In this document: piece after piece, positions 10,063-20,760 of the stretch
Layout: every line of letters starts with the position of its first letter
Position numbering within the stretch: the first letter of the stretch is position 1
IMG/VR virus record: IMGVR_UViG_3300012931_000019
Span: 18,154-82,153 of that record
DNA from: a virus
Length of the DNA: 64,000 bases
Direction: 5' to 3' (one strand)
Notes under the pieces: model-generated
Databases searched by the model: none
The model's input: the letters and a program-made list of their open reading frames with translations, nothing else
What the model was told of the DNA's origin: nothing
Program-made: the position numbers and the translations under genes

Positions 10063-10935
10063 TTAGTCTTCATCCTTATAAAACTCCTTCTCTTGTTTAT
10101 ACTGTAACTCATTCAGTTTTTCTTTCAACTTCTTATTTTCTTCTTCAAGACCTTTAATCTTTTCATTATTATTGATCTTCTGTTTTATACTTCTTTTTTT
10201 ATTACTTACAATCTTATCAGTATGTATAAGCCCTTGTACTTTAACTACATTTTTTAATTGTTCATTAAAACCTTTTTCATCATCATATAAACCTATAAAA
10301 GTAGCACAGTAATGATGCTGTGGTGTTAAATAATCATTATTAAATCTAATCAAATGCAAATCATCTTGAAGGATTCTATTATATCTTTTAATAGTTCTGG
10401 AATCACTAACAAGAGATTTAATTTTGATCTGTGGTAAATATCCAAATTTATTATCTGTATTACATACTCTCATACAGGCCACAAAGTATCTAACAAAATC
10501 ATATTTACTTACATTGGTAGATTGTAAATATTCAAATATTTTATTCATTTCCAAATCATAAATTTTAAAGTAACCATCTTCAGGAGGACTAGGCAATTCT
10601 ATGTAAAACGAAGTATCTTTACTTTTTATAATATTATCAATTATAATATTCTCATTAATACCATTACCTGAAAGATCATATATACTAGTCACATATTCTT
10701 TTTTCATAAGATTAGCAATAATATCTTTAATATCATTAAAAATCTTTTTATTATTATGATAATTTATATTCATAATATCTAAAAGTATCTGTATATTACA
10801 TAAAGATATATTTTTATATTGTTGATAATTTCTATACAATAGAATCAATATTGTTAACTCATCATTGGCAATATCTAAATCATCATAAATGCTATTAGGT
10901 AACTTAATATAATATTCTTTGAAATTTAAATTCAT
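10063..10935 (-). CDS. Putative DNA-binding/replication protein
   Basis: 290 aa; YYIKLPN start and HTH-like helices; lies just downstream of iteron-like repeats. Confidence 0.55.
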   Translation of the reverse strand: MNLNFKEYYIKLPNSIYDDLDIANDELTILILLYRNYQQYKNISLCNIQILLDIMNINYHNNKKIFNDIKDIIANLMKKEYVTSIYDLSGNGINENIIIDNIIKSKDTSFYIELPSPPEDGYFKIYDLEMNKIFEYLQSTNVSKYDFVRYFVACMRVCNTDNKFGYLPQIKIKSLVSDSRTIKRYNRILQDDLHLIRFNNDYLTPQHHYCATFIGLYDDEKGFNEQLKNVVKVQGLIHTDKIVSNKKRSIKQKINNNEKIKGLEEENKKLKEKLNELQYKQEKEFYKDED

Positions 10936-10999
10936 AATTTATTTCCTTTCATTTTATGTAAGAGAATCCCACTCATAATGCGGTAGCATTATATAGTAC

Positions 11000-11169
11000 T
11001 CTTTATATACTTATTTATATCTTTATTTATATTTTTATTCTTTATTCTTATTTTACTCTTTATTCTCTGTGATGTTTACCCCAAAACAGGGGGTATATTC
11101 TTGGACTGCATACCCCATTTTGCGTACAAATTCTAAGACTGCCCCTACCATTTTGAGTACAAATTCTAA
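11000..11169. repeat. Iteron-like direct repeats with AT-rich tract (candidate replication origin)
   Basis: CCATTTTG(C/A)GTACAAATTCTAA at 11115-11136 and 11148-11169 (33 bp period), next to a T-rich tract at 11000-11068. Confidence 0.5.
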
Positions 11170-11170
11170 A

Positions 11171-11436
11171 TCACCTTGCTTTTTGTACGCATTTTGGTGT
11201 AGGCAGTAAATCGTATTTAAAATCTCTGTGATTATTGCCATATGTAGCTTTGAGGCGTATTAATTCATTAAGACTCTTTTCAAAATTATAGGTTTTCTCA
11301 AATACATAAGATATTGTGTTGTCATCTTGTATGTATTTATAGTATCGAAAACCTAAATAAGACAATGCTTCAGCTAGATATTTCTTCTTTACGGTATAGA
11401 ATTCATTTTCTGTTTTATTTTAATTGGTTCATCCAT
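11171..11436 (-). pseudogene. Small phage gene with an apparent 1-nt frameshift near its 5' end
   Basis: The RBS-led MDEPIK frame stops after 15 codons; the -1 frame reads NKTENEFYTVKKKYLAEALSYLGFRYYK into ORF 11171..11365. Confidence 0.4.
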
Positions 11437-11495
11437 TCTATTCTTCTCCCTTCTAAACACTATAAGACTAAGGCATAGTCACCAACTACACCTGT

Positions 11496-12771
11496 TTGAC
11501 ATACTCCCCATGCTTAAAGGCAGGAGATTCCGGTATCTACAAGATTAGCCTACAAGCGCAGGTCTTATGATCTCTACTCCTAGAGTCGATGCCCCGACTC
11601 TTTCTATATTTAGTGCCGCATTATAATCTCTATCATGTATTGTATTGCAACATTCACAAGTCCATTCTCTGTCTGATAATGTGAGTTTTTCATTAATTGT
11701 TCCACATACATGACACGTTTTACTTGAAGGATAAAATCTAGGAATTTCAATTACTTGAGACCCATTTTTAGTGCATTGGTGTTTCAAGATATTGACAAAA
11801 CTGCTATGACTTAAATCAGATATTTTCTTTCCCCATAATCTCTGCATTGCTTTGATATTCAAGTTTTCAATACATATTACCGCATATTCTACTGATAATT
11901 GCGATGCTAGTTTAAAATGAAAATCTCTTCTCTGATCGGCAATTTTCTTATGTGTTTTTGCCAATTCACGCTTCGCTCTCTTATAATTATTTGATCCTTT
12001 CTTTTTCTTCGATAGTTTTCTATTTAACTTTTTTATTTTATTTTGACTATGTTTGAAAAATTCTGGTGATTTTATATCATTGTTATCTGATGCTTTCAAA
12101 AATGTCTTTAGTCCAAAATCATACCCGACAATTTTACCTGTTCTTGGTATAACTTCGTTCATTTCTTTTTTACATACTATAATAATATAAATATCTCCCA
12201 AAACATCTCTTTTGATTGTTATAGTTTTTACAGTTCCTTCAATTTCTCTTGATTTTGAATACTTATATATTTGTTTGCCAATTTGTATCTTATTCCCATC
12301 AAGTAGTCTATATCCGGTTTGAGTTAAAGTATAAGACTTATATTTCTTTACTTTCTTAAATGAAGGAGGTGCTGATTTAATACCATGCTTTTGATTACGA
12401 AAAAATAACTTATATGCCTTGTCAATACGCTCCACTATATTTTGTATAGTCTGTGAATTTAACTCATTCCAATAAACATATTTTCTTAATTTCTTTAATT
12501 TAGTTATATGCTTTTTAAGCTGATAATAATTGAGACTTTTACCATATAATCTATAATACCGTTTATGTAAGGCAATACAATGATTATAAATACGAGCAGA
12601 TATATTAATTTGTTTGTGTATATTTTTATTCTTTTTGTTTTTATATAGTTTGAATTTATAAGAAACCATACTACCTTACACCTCCTTCATATGTCCTTTT
12701 GATTTTTCTATGTCAAGTATTTTGTGCCTTATATTCCCATAGCTGAAGCTAGGGGTTTACGGCACGTTCGG
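11496..12771 (-). mobile_element. Non-autonomous IS200/IS605-family element (tnpB only)
   Basis: Left-end hairpin GTGCCGTAAACCCCTAGCTTCAGCTATGGGAATATAAGGCAC after TTAG; right-end hairpin ending GGGGAGTATGTCAA; only a KNQKDI-stop remnant where tnpA would end. Confidence 0.85.
11545..12669 (-). CDS. tnpB: TnpB RNA-guided endonuclease
   Basis: RuvC-I GYDFGLK, RuvC-II IENLN, Zn finger CHVC/CECC, RuvC-III DRDYNAALN all intact. Confidence 0.95.
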   Translation of the reverse strand: MVSYKFKLYKNKKNKNIHKQINISARIYNHCIALHKRYYRLYGKSLNYYQLKKHITKLKKLRKYVYWNELNSQTIQNIVERIDKAYKLFFRNQKHGIKSAPPSFKKVKKYKSYTLTQTGYRLLDGNKIQIGKQIYKYSKSREIEGTVKTITIKRDVLGDIYIIIVCKKEMNEVIPRTGKIVGYDFGLKTFLKASDNNDIKSPEFFKHSQNKIKKLNRKLSKKKKGSNNYKRAKRELAKTHKKIADQRRDFHFKLASQLSVEYAVICIENLNIKAMQRLWGKKISDLSHSSFVNILKHQCTKNGSQVIEIPRFYPSSKTCHVCGTINEKLTLSDREWTCECCNTIHDRDYNAALNIERVGASTLGVEIIRPALVG

Positions 12772-12808
12772 CTAAAGGCATAATCCTAAATTATACCTGT
12801 CTAATCTT

Positions 12809-12837
12809 AATATACTCTTCTCGAAATCGTTTGTCAA
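12809..12837 (-). promoter_or_regulatory. Sigma-A promoter (leftward twin)
   Basis: TTGACA-17 nt-TATATT preceded by ATAAAATTAAAAATAATTTAAAA. Confidence 0.75.
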
Positions 12838-13194
12838 CATTTATTTTAAATTATTTTTAATTTTATTTAATCTTATTCAAAATTTACAACCCCTTTTAAA
12901 ATCTCACAATTAAATAGCACTACTTCTTTCCCAAGTGGATACCCAATACCATTTTCACTAAAAACTCTCTGTGTATTTAAAACAAATTGTCATACAGGGT
13001 TCTAAACACCACTACTATACCCTGTTGTTTTTAGCTTATTATAAAAACGTTATCTGAGACAGATTTAAGCGAGTTTTATCTAATCATTGACCACTTATAC
13101 CAAATCTGTCAGAAAAACGAAATTAGATGTCATTTCGTCGTTATTTCTCTTTAAAACAGGGTATAAGAATTATACTAGTATACCTGCCTTATTA

Positions 13195-14241
13195 TTATTT
13201 TCTATTATCCATTATATATTTCATTCTACGAATAACATCACTGCCACATTCGCTAATTAATTCTATCAATTCTTCTTTTGTCATATCTTTAAAAATATCT
13301 ACTCCAATAGTTTCACCAAGCATATAACTACCCTGTGAACAATAATTCTGGCTACTATCCAAATAAATTCTACTGGTTATATCAATATGGTCATGTTGCA
13401 TATGATCTTTTGTTTTGACCAAATCACCAGTGGCTTTATATACAGCTAACCCTGAAGCCTTTTTAATACTGTGGATAACAACTTTCTTTCCGTTCTTTTC
13501 TTGTAGTCCATATTCTTTTCTAAACTCGTCAAAGGTCTTTTCAATTGTCTTGTCAGAAATATTAAATATTTTCTTAGAACCTTCTTCACAAACAGTAATT
13601 AATTTTTCATAGAATTCATCTGTAATAGATTTTTCTACATATTTGCCTTTTTCTTTATATTTTATTACCCAAGCATTTTTCCCAGAATTATAATCATAAT
13701 TTTTAGTAATCATGTCTTTGGTCAACATAAATGGCATTTCTTTTCTACAGCCAACGACAAACAAGAATTCAAATATCATACTTTGAACATTGCCTTTATA
13801 TTTACATTTAGCGAACTCCAGAAGCAATTCAACTTCATCTGTAGTTAATATTGCATAACTATTATCTTTTGAGTCAAGAGGTTCAAAATCAAGAACATCT
13901 AAGCTTACATTATTATTATGCCTATGCAGAGACTCCCATAATTTTTTAATTGCAAACAATTTCTGATTACAGGTATTCTCTTGATTTCCTTTTGCAAGTT
14001 CATGTTCCTGATATTCTTCTACCTTTGTATATGTGATTTGTAAAATATCATTCCAAGTAATATCCTCTAATCTTTTACCAACTGTGAACCGGAAGAATTC
14101 ATTATAATATCTTCCATATGCATCATAGGTATTATCAGATTTTCTTTTTTTCTTTTCCATAAAGAGATGAATCACATTATATGCATCATTGACACCTATT
14201 ATTTGAACATTATTTAATGCTAAATTCCCGTTTGTATTCAT
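13195..14241 (-). CDS. Tyrosine recombinase-fold protein (integrase or repressor)
   Basis: SAM-like N-terminus; GCRK, HSIKK (HxxR changed to HxxK), QH, RIY motifs. Confidence 0.8.
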   Translation of the reverse strand: MNTNGNLALNNVQIIGVNDAYNVIHLFMEKKKRKSDNTYDAYGRYYNEFFRFTVGKRLEDITWNDILQITYTKVEEYQEHELAKGNQENTCNQKLFAIKKLWESLHRHNNNVSLDVLDFEPLDSKDNSYAILTTDEVELLLEFAKCKYKGNVQSMIFEFLFVVGCRKEMPFMLTKDMITKNYDYNSGKNAWVIKYKEKGKYVEKSITDEFYEKLITVCEEGSKKIFNISDKTIEKTFDEFRKEYGLQEKNGKKVVIHSIKKASGLAVYKATGDLVKTKDHMQHDHIDITSRIYLDSSQNYCSQGSYMLGETIGVDIFKDMTKEELIELISECGSDVIRRMKYIMDNRK

Positions 14242-14343
14242 TTTTCTTTTCTCCTTTTTATATTATATATTCGGCATAATTAATTTATATCACATATTAT
14301 ATCCAGAGTCAAGATAAAATTAAAAATAATTTAAAAATATTTG

Positions 14344-14372
14344 TTGACAATCGTTTTCGAATGGAGTATATT
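14344..14372 (+). promoter_or_regulatory. Sigma-A promoter (rightward twin) driving the yonO operon
   Basis: TTGACA-17 nt-TATATT preceded by ATAAAATTAAAAATAATTTAAAA. Confidence 0.75.
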
Positions 14373-14478
14373 GATATTAGAACAGAAATATGAAAGGGGC
14401 GTAATGTTATTGGGGGTGTAATTTAGAAAATATTGAAAAATATTAATAGATAAAAACAAAAATAAAATACATATTATA

Positions 14479-14802
14479 ATGAAAGGAAAAACACAATTAA
14501 TGAACAAAGAATTTAATGGGAAATTAGAAATAAAACATGATAGGTATATACTACAGAACGGAGACTATGAATATGACCTATCCGATATATGTAAAAAATC
14601 TTATGTTTACATAGAAATTAATAGTAATGATAATGAAGATATATATTTAGGAGATTATAAAGTTTTTTATGAAACTCCAGATGGATATAAAATCGCTTCA
14701 TGGTCTTTACAAGATGAAGATATAGACAAGTTCTTATTCAATCATATTGGTGAATACATGAGTGTCACTATCAAAGCGGAAAGATTGGAGAGTGACAAGT
14801 AA
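14479..14802 (+). CDS. Hypothetical protein
   Basis: 107-aa ORF downstream of the promoter. Confidence 0.65.
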   Translation: MKGKTQLMNKEFNGKLEIKHDRYILQNGDYEYDLSDICKKSYVYIEINSNDNEDIYLGDYKVFYETPDGYKIASWSLQDEDIDKFLFNHIGEYMSVTIKAERLESDK

Positions 14803-15055
14803 CATGTGTACAATGGCTAGAGATAATTGCAAAATATGTTTATATCATTCTTGTCTAGGATGTAATAAGGGATTTAGTAAATATAGTAAAGACTGTATGT
14901 TTGAAGGGGAATATAGTGAAGATCAATGGGGTACATTTGATGAAGAAGAATTTTATTATAAAGAACAGGGCGTTGATAAAGTAGAAGATGATGATGTTGA
15001 GAATGATGATGATGGATTAAATGAAATACAAAAGAGATTGAGAAATGAATACTAG
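14762..15055 (+). CDS. Small Cys-rich, acidic-tailed protein
   Basis: CxxC...C motifs and a D/E-rich C-terminus; real start probably near 14803 (GGAG RBS). Confidence 0.55.
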   Translation: MSLSKRKDWRVTSNMCTMARDNCKICLYHSCLGCNKGFSKYSKDCMFEGEYSEDQWGTFDEEEFYYKEQGVDKVEDDDVENDDDGLNEIQKRLRNEY

Positions 15056-15063
15056 GAGGACAA

Positions 15064-17685
15064 ATGGCATTAAATAAACAGGTACATATTTATTCGATAG
15101 ATACTAGTGCTTTTTACAATGATGATGAAATAAAGATACATAAACGGATGTCCAAAAATCATTTATTTAAAAACACCTTAAAAAAGAAAAAAAAGAAAAC
15201 ATTAAATGAAATTAAAAAAGAAACCCGCAAAGATATTCGAGAAAAATTAAATAAAAGATTAAGTAAGATAGAACTATATATAAAAAATTGTTCTGAAAGA
15301 TTAAAGAATCAAAAGGAGAAATTATATTTAGAGTTTAAAAAAAATGATGATACTAAAAATGTTAGGTGTTTAAATAATGAGTATTTGAATAACAAGAACA
15401 TAATCTCAGTGTTTGATTCTTCCCTTACTAGAACTTTGGAAATAAACGAAAATACACTATCTCTTAATTTTATGGTAGTACAAACTTATTTCTTTGAAGT
15501 GATTGAAGATATTATATTAGATGGATTCATGTATAATAATGAAAAATATATTTGTCTTACAGCAAGCGCAGGACAAATTAGAACTAAAAAAACAGTATTT
15601 ATAAGAGAAAATTCATTAATTGAATATCAAAATACTTTAATGTGTGGTTTAACAATTGAAGAAATAAATGAACTTGGTGGAGTTAATATTAATAAATATT
15701 TAGCATACTTGGCTCTTTGTAATTCTGCTACAGATGCTTGGGGTGAATTTAATATTAATAAAACTATTGTAGTTGATGATATGGAAACAGTTGTTAATGG
15801 GTTAGTAGATTTTATTGATGATAAGACTTATTCTATTGAACGAAAATATATGGATATTCAGATTAATCATACTGATGGTTGTGGTATGATACTTCCAAAA
15901 ATAAGTGATAAAAGTTTTATGGTTCGTCTTCCTTGGGTTAAAGGTTTATTAGTATCATTTGCTTTTGATAATTTTATTATAGAAAATAAATTGAATGGTA
16001 AAATAATTGATATTTATGGAGTTGAACATGATGTAATTACTGAAGGTATTGAAATCATATTTACTAAGAGTCAGTTCAAGATGTATAAATATTATAAGTC
16101 TTGGAGTGATTATAAAGAAAGATACATAAAATATAATTGTCAAGCTGGTATTTGTAACGAAGAAGATGATGATTTTAATAATGTAAAAATGGGATATCAA
16201 ATGATTCAGACATTGACTGATATGACAGATTTAGAATTAAAAGATTTATCTAAAACCACAATACATAATATAAAAACCGTTGGTAATGATCGTAAGACAA
16301 TGTTAAGGGTTTTAGGTGTTACATTAGCAAATATAAGTAAAAACTACTATCAGCAAGCATTAGAAATCTACCCAGAACTTTTAAATGATACATATAGTAA
16401 AGAAATATTAAAACAAGTTAAAAAAAGTATTGTTAAAGATGGTCGTTCTGGTAAATTAAACGTAAATGGTGCATATACTTTTATCTGTCCAGATTTATAT
16501 GCATTTTGTGAATATTTATTTATGGATAATAACAATCCAGATGGATTACTTAAAGATGGTGAAGTATTCTGTAGTTTATTTAAACAATATAATAAGTTGG
16601 ATTGTTTGAGAAGCCCCCACCTTTATCTTGAACACGCTATTCGTAAAAATATAATTGACGAGAAAAAAGATAAATGGTTTATAACAAATGGTTTATATAC
16701 CAGTTGTCATGACATAATTAGTAAAATATTAATGTTTGATGTAGATGGTGATAAAAGTTTAGTTTGTGTTGAAAAAACATTGATTTCTGTTGCAGAAAGA
16801 AATATGAAAGATATAGTTCCTCTTTATTATAATATGGCAAAAGCGGAGGCAATGGAAATTAATAATGCAACAATATTTAGTGGATTAAAACTGGCATATA
16901 CAGGGGGGAATATAGGGCAAGTTAGTAATAATATATCTAAAATTTGGAACAGTGGTAATGTAAATTTAGATGCTATTAAACTACTTTGTATGGAAAATAA
17001 TTTTACAATTGATTATGCAAAGACATTATATAAACCCCAAAGACCAACAGAAATTGATGCTCTAATTAAATCGTACACTAAACTAAAAGTTCCACATTTC
17101 TTTATTTATGCTAAAAATAAAAAAATAGAGAATGTTGAAAAGATAAATAAGAGTGTGGTAAACAGATTAGAAAAAATAATTCCTAATCCAATTATTAATT
17201 TTAAAGCAGTTGGGCTTAATAATTTTGATTACAGATTATTATTGAGCGATCCAGATGAAATTATTGAGTTGGATAATGACATTGTAGAAAAGTATAGAGA
17301 ACTAGATTTAAAAAAACATTTTATGATGAATTTATCTAAAAATGACGAAAAAAATAATAATATTACGCATCAGTATCAAATGATTAAAGAACAAATTTTA
17401 GAAATTGATTCGGATTTTCGATATGTTGTTAATGTATTGGTTGAATATCTTTATATGCATAAGAAATCAAATTATAAGACAACACTTTGGGAATGTTTTG
17501 GTGATGTGCTTGTTGAGAATTTAAAAAACAATATTAAAAATAAGACAATTTATTGTGAGTGTTGTGGAGATATAATTGAACAAACTGGCAATAGGAAAAA
17601 ATATTGTGACGACTGTTGGAAAGAAAAAGAAAAGGAAATAAAAAGACAGACATGGCATAGAAACAAGGAAAAATATAAAAACTAG
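15064..17685 (+). CDS. yonO: YonO-like single-subunit DNA-dependent RNA polymerase
   Basis: Catalytic DxDGD (MFDVDGDK), LRSPHL, HTDGCGM, ASAGQIRTKK; C-terminal CECC...CDDC zinc finger; 873 aa. Confidence 0.92.
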   Translation: MALNKQVHIYSIDTSAFYNDDEIKIHKRMSKNHLFKNTLKKKKKKTLNEIKKETRKDIREKLNKRLSKIELYIKNCSERLKNQKEKLYLEFKKNDDTKNVRCLNNEYLNNKNIISVFDSSLTRTLEINENTLSLNFMVVQTYFFEVIEDIILDGFMYNNEKYICLTASAGQIRTKKTVFIRENSLIEYQNTLMCGLTIEEINELGGVNINKYLAYLALCNSATDAWGEFNINKTIVVDDMETVVNGLVDFIDDKTYSIERKYMDIQINHTDGCGMILPKISDKSFMVRLPWVKGLLVSFAFDNFIIENKLNGKIIDIYGVEHDVITEGIEIIFTKSQFKMYKYYKSWSDYKERYIKYNCQAGICNEEDDDFNNVKMGYQMIQTLTDMTDLELKDLSKTTIHNIKTVGNDRKTMLRVLGVTLANISKNYYQQALEIYPELLNDTYSKEILKQVKKSIVKDGRSGKLNVNGAYTFICPDLYAFCEYLFMDNNNPDGLLKDGEVFCSLFKQYNKLDCLRSPHLYLEHAIRKNIIDEKKDKWFITNGLYTSCHDIISKILMFDVDGDKSLVCVEKTLISVAERNMKDIVPLYYNMAKAEAMEINNATIFSGLKLAYTGGNIGQVSNNISKIWNSGNVNLDAIKLLCMENNFTIDYAKTLYKPQRPTEIDALIKSYTKLKVPHFFIYAKNKKIENVEKINKSVVNRLEKIIPNPIINFKAVGLNNFDYRLLLSDPDEIIELDNDIVEKYRELDLKKHFMMNLSKNDEKNNNITHQYQMIKEQILEIDSDFRYVVNVLVEYLYMHKKSNYKTTLWECFGDVLVENLKNNIKNKTIYCECCGDIIEQTGNRKKYCDDCWKEKEKEIKRQTWHRNKEKYKN

Positions 17686-17947
17686 AAGTTTAGAAAAAAT
17701 ACGATATTTGTTGAAATTCCAATGGTTTAGAAATTTATAATTTTATTAAATTTTACTCAATCGTTGGAATTTCAATACTTTTAATTTTCTGTTCGAGAGT
17801 CTCTAAGGGAAACATACTAATTTACAAATATAAGAGTTATGCAAACCTTTCTTTAAGGGCGTATTAATTTGCGCCCTATTTGATTTATAATTTAATATCC
17901 TTATACAATTTAACTCAGCAAAAATACATACAGTAAAGGATTATGAT

Positions 17948-19369
17948 ATGAGTAAGAAAAAAGATAAGATAAAAATCTCTTTTTTGGGAAATTCCAGCAA
18001 TGATGTTACTGGTAGTTTATATCTTATTTCAACACCAAATAAAAACATTTTGTTGGAATGCGGTATGGTTCAAGGTTTATCTATTATGGATGACTGGAAA
18101 GAGAATGCTAAATCATTTCCATTTAAACCTAAAAATATAGACTATTTGTTTATTAATCATGCTCACATTGACCATTTTGGGAATACAGGAAAATTAGTAC
18201 GAGATGGATTTGAAGGAAGAATCATTACAACAGAAATAACTAAAGCATTAATGAAACCTATGGGGTTAGATTCCGCTAATATAATTCGAAAAGATGCAGA
18301 GTATCTTTCAAAGAAACGTGGAAAGCAGATATATCCCTTTTATACAGAAGACGATGTTTACAATATGCTCAATATGATTGACACATATGGTTTTGATGAA
18401 ATTTACGAACTTGATGATGAAATTAGTTTCCGTTTTTTACATAATTCACATATAATTGGTGCTTGCCAGCTAGAACTATTTATTAAAAATGAAAGTGGTA
18501 GAGTTGACAAAATTTTGTATACAAGTGATCTGGGGAAAATTAAGTCTCAGAATTATTATGTTGATGAATTTGAAAAATGTAAAAATGCTAATCTTGTAAT
18601 CAGCGAGTGTACATATGGAGCAACAGATAAAAATATAAAATTTGATAGAAATAAAGATTTAGAGAAATTAAAAACAACTATTGAACAGGTTTGTAATGTT
18701 CAAAAGGGGCGTTTACTTATACCCGTATTTTCTTTAAGCCGTTGCCAACAAATTATGACTGATTTATATATGATGTATAAAGACGATCCTAGTTTTAATA
18801 CAAAAATTATCGTAGATAGTCCTTTAATATGGGAAATCAACAAGGTTTATAAATCGGTATTGCAAGGTGACGATTTAAAATTATTTGAAGATGTTTGTAA
18901 CTGGGAGAATATTAAATTTATTAAAGATTACAATGAAAGTAAATTATGTGTGGCAGACACTTCAAGTAAAATTATTTTGTCAAGTTCTGGCTTTTTAAAC
19001 AAGGGAAGAGTCACAGAATATGCTAAGTCAATTATAAAATCATCTAAGGATCATATTATATTTGTTGGCTATACTCCGGTTGATAGTTTAGGTGGCAAAA
19101 TTAAAAATGGACAAAAATCAGTAACAATTGATGGTATTTCAATAAAAAATAGATGTACTTCTAGTTCATTAAATTCGTATTCATCTCATATTCAGCAAAA
19201 GGAATTATTAAATTATTTAAAAGGGATATCTGCGGATAAGATTATTTTAGTTCACGGGAATATGGATGGGAAGATTGAATTTAAAAATTTACTAGAAGAA
19301 GAACTTAGTAAAATAAATAGAACAACGAGAGTGGTCGTGGGATCAAAAGGAATGACTACTACTTTATAA
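17948..19369 (+). CDS. Metallo-beta-lactamase/beta-CASP RNA-processing nuclease
   Basis: HAHIDH, SHIIGA, YTSDLG, SECTYG, YSSH, LVHG motifs. Confidence 0.9.
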   Translation: MSKKKDKIKISFLGNSSNDVTGSLYLISTPNKNILLECGMVQGLSIMDDWKENAKSFPFKPKNIDYLFINHAHIDHFGNTGKLVRDGFEGRIITTEITKALMKPMGLDSANIIRKDAEYLSKKRGKQIYPFYTEDDVYNMLNMIDTYGFDEIYELDDEISFRFLHNSHIIGACQLELFIKNESGRVDKILYTSDLGKIKSQNYYVDEFEKCKNANLVISECTYGATDKNIKFDRNKDLEKLKTTIEQVCNVQKGRLLIPVFSLSRCQQIMTDLYMMYKDDPSFNTKIIVDSPLIWEINKVYKSVLQGDDLKLFEDVCNWENIKFIKDYNESKLCVADTSSKIILSSSGFLNKGRVTEYAKSIIKSSKDHIIFVGYTPVDSLGGKIKNGQKSVTIDGISIKNRCTSSSLNSYSSHIQQKELLNYLKGISADKIILVHGNMDGKIEFKNLLEEELSKINRTTRVVVGSKGMTTTL

Positions 19370-19397
19370 GAATTATAGAAGAATACAAGGAGGTACT

Positions 19398-20585
19398 ATG
19401 GTTGAATTAAACCGTTTAGAAAATGAGAGTAGACTACATTTTATATGGCGTGTATTCAAATATCAAAAAGATAGTGACAAATTAACTAATGAACAGGCTG
19501 GTGAAATTTGCAGAAAAGAATTAAATGAACCATATGATGAAAGTGCATATCGTAAAGTTTATCAAAGTTGGGAGAATATGTGGCTAGAAGTTAAAGATGA
19601 ATATATAAGTGAAGAAGCTTTACTTGAAAGGTTATCTCAAATTGATGATCGAGAAGATGAATTATATAAAACGAAGGTTAAGACTGCTGATAAATTAAGG
19701 GAATATCGAAAAACACTTAGAGATGAAGCTAGAATTGAAAATATTATGGATGTTATAAGTGAAGTTGCTCTTGATCTACCAGAATTTAAATATGAACAAA
19801 AAGAGATAAAATTAAATGGAGAAGCAAATGCAATAATAGAAATTGGTGATTGGCACTATGGTAAGATTTCTGATAATTTTTGGAATAAATTTAATACCCA
19901 AATTGCAAAAGAAAGAGTAGATAAACTTATATTTGATACAATTAAATATTGTGAAATAATGAATGTCGGTACTTTATATATTGCAAATTTAGGAGATTTA
20001 ATTGAAGGTGCTATCCATGTTTCGTGTAGAGTAATGTCTGAAGAAGATTCCATAGAACAAATAATGCATGCTTCCGAATTGCTTGCTTATTTTATTAATG
20101 AATTACATAGTTTTGGTTTAAATATTAAGTATGTTAGTGTATCAGATAATCACTCAAGATTAAATAAAAATTATAAAGAACATATTGAAAAAGAGAATTT
20201 TGGTAAGATTATAGATTGGTATTTACAAGCAAGATTGACTAATTTAAGTAATTTTGAGTTTATTGAAAATATTATTGATGAAAGTATAGCATATTTTGAA
20301 GTGAACGGGAAAAATGTTTTTTCAATTCATGGACATCTTGACAATCCCCATTCTGTAGTACAAGATTTAACGCTTTCTACAGGTATGATTGCGGATATAG
20401 TGCTTATGGGCCATTATCACAATAAAGTAGAGAAATCATTTCATTTTTCAAAAGTATTTGTTAATGGATCGCTCTGTGGGACAGACGAATATGCAAAAAC
20501 CAGAAGATTATTTAGCAAAGCATCACAGACATTAATAGTGTTTGATAATGAAAATATAGTAAATTTTGAAATTGTTTTAAACTAA
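19398..20585 (+). CDS. Calcineurin-like metallophosphoesterase (SPbeta YonJ-like position)
   Basis: GDWHYG, LGDLIEG, DNH, IHGH, GHYH motifs. Confidence 0.85.
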   Translation: MVELNRLENESRLHFIWRVFKYQKDSDKLTNEQAGEICRKELNEPYDESAYRKVYQSWENMWLEVKDEYISEEALLERLSQIDDREDELYKTKVKTADKLREYRKTLRDEARIENIMDVISEVALDLPEFKYEQKEIKLNGEANAIIEIGDWHYGKISDNFWNKFNTQIAKERVDKLIFDTIKYCEIMNVGTLYIANLGDLIEGAIHVSCRVMSEEDSIEQIMHASELLAYFINELHSFGLNIKYVSVSDNHSRLNKNYKEHIEKENFGKIIDWYLQARLTNLSNFEFIENIIDESIAYFEVNGKNVFSIHGHLDNPHSVVQDLTLSTGMIADIVLMGHYHNKVEKSFHFSKVFVNGSLCGTDEYAKTRRLFSKASQTLIVFDNENIVNFEIVLN

Positions 20586-20760
20586 AATTAAAAATAATTG
20601 AAAGGATAGCAATGGACATAAGAACGTTTACATTTCACGAATGTATATCTAAAGTTATAATTACGAAAAATGCTGATCCGAAAGTTACTAAAGAGTTTGG
20701 GAAAGCAATAAACAAAATAAAATAACGCAAAACCAATTAGAAAGGCATAAGCGTGTACAT

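Noticed and set aside
11053-11241. 62-aa minus-strand ORF
   Set aside because: Overlaps another ORF and the iteron-like repeats; its internal repeat (VLEFV/DLEFV) simply mirrors the DNA repeats
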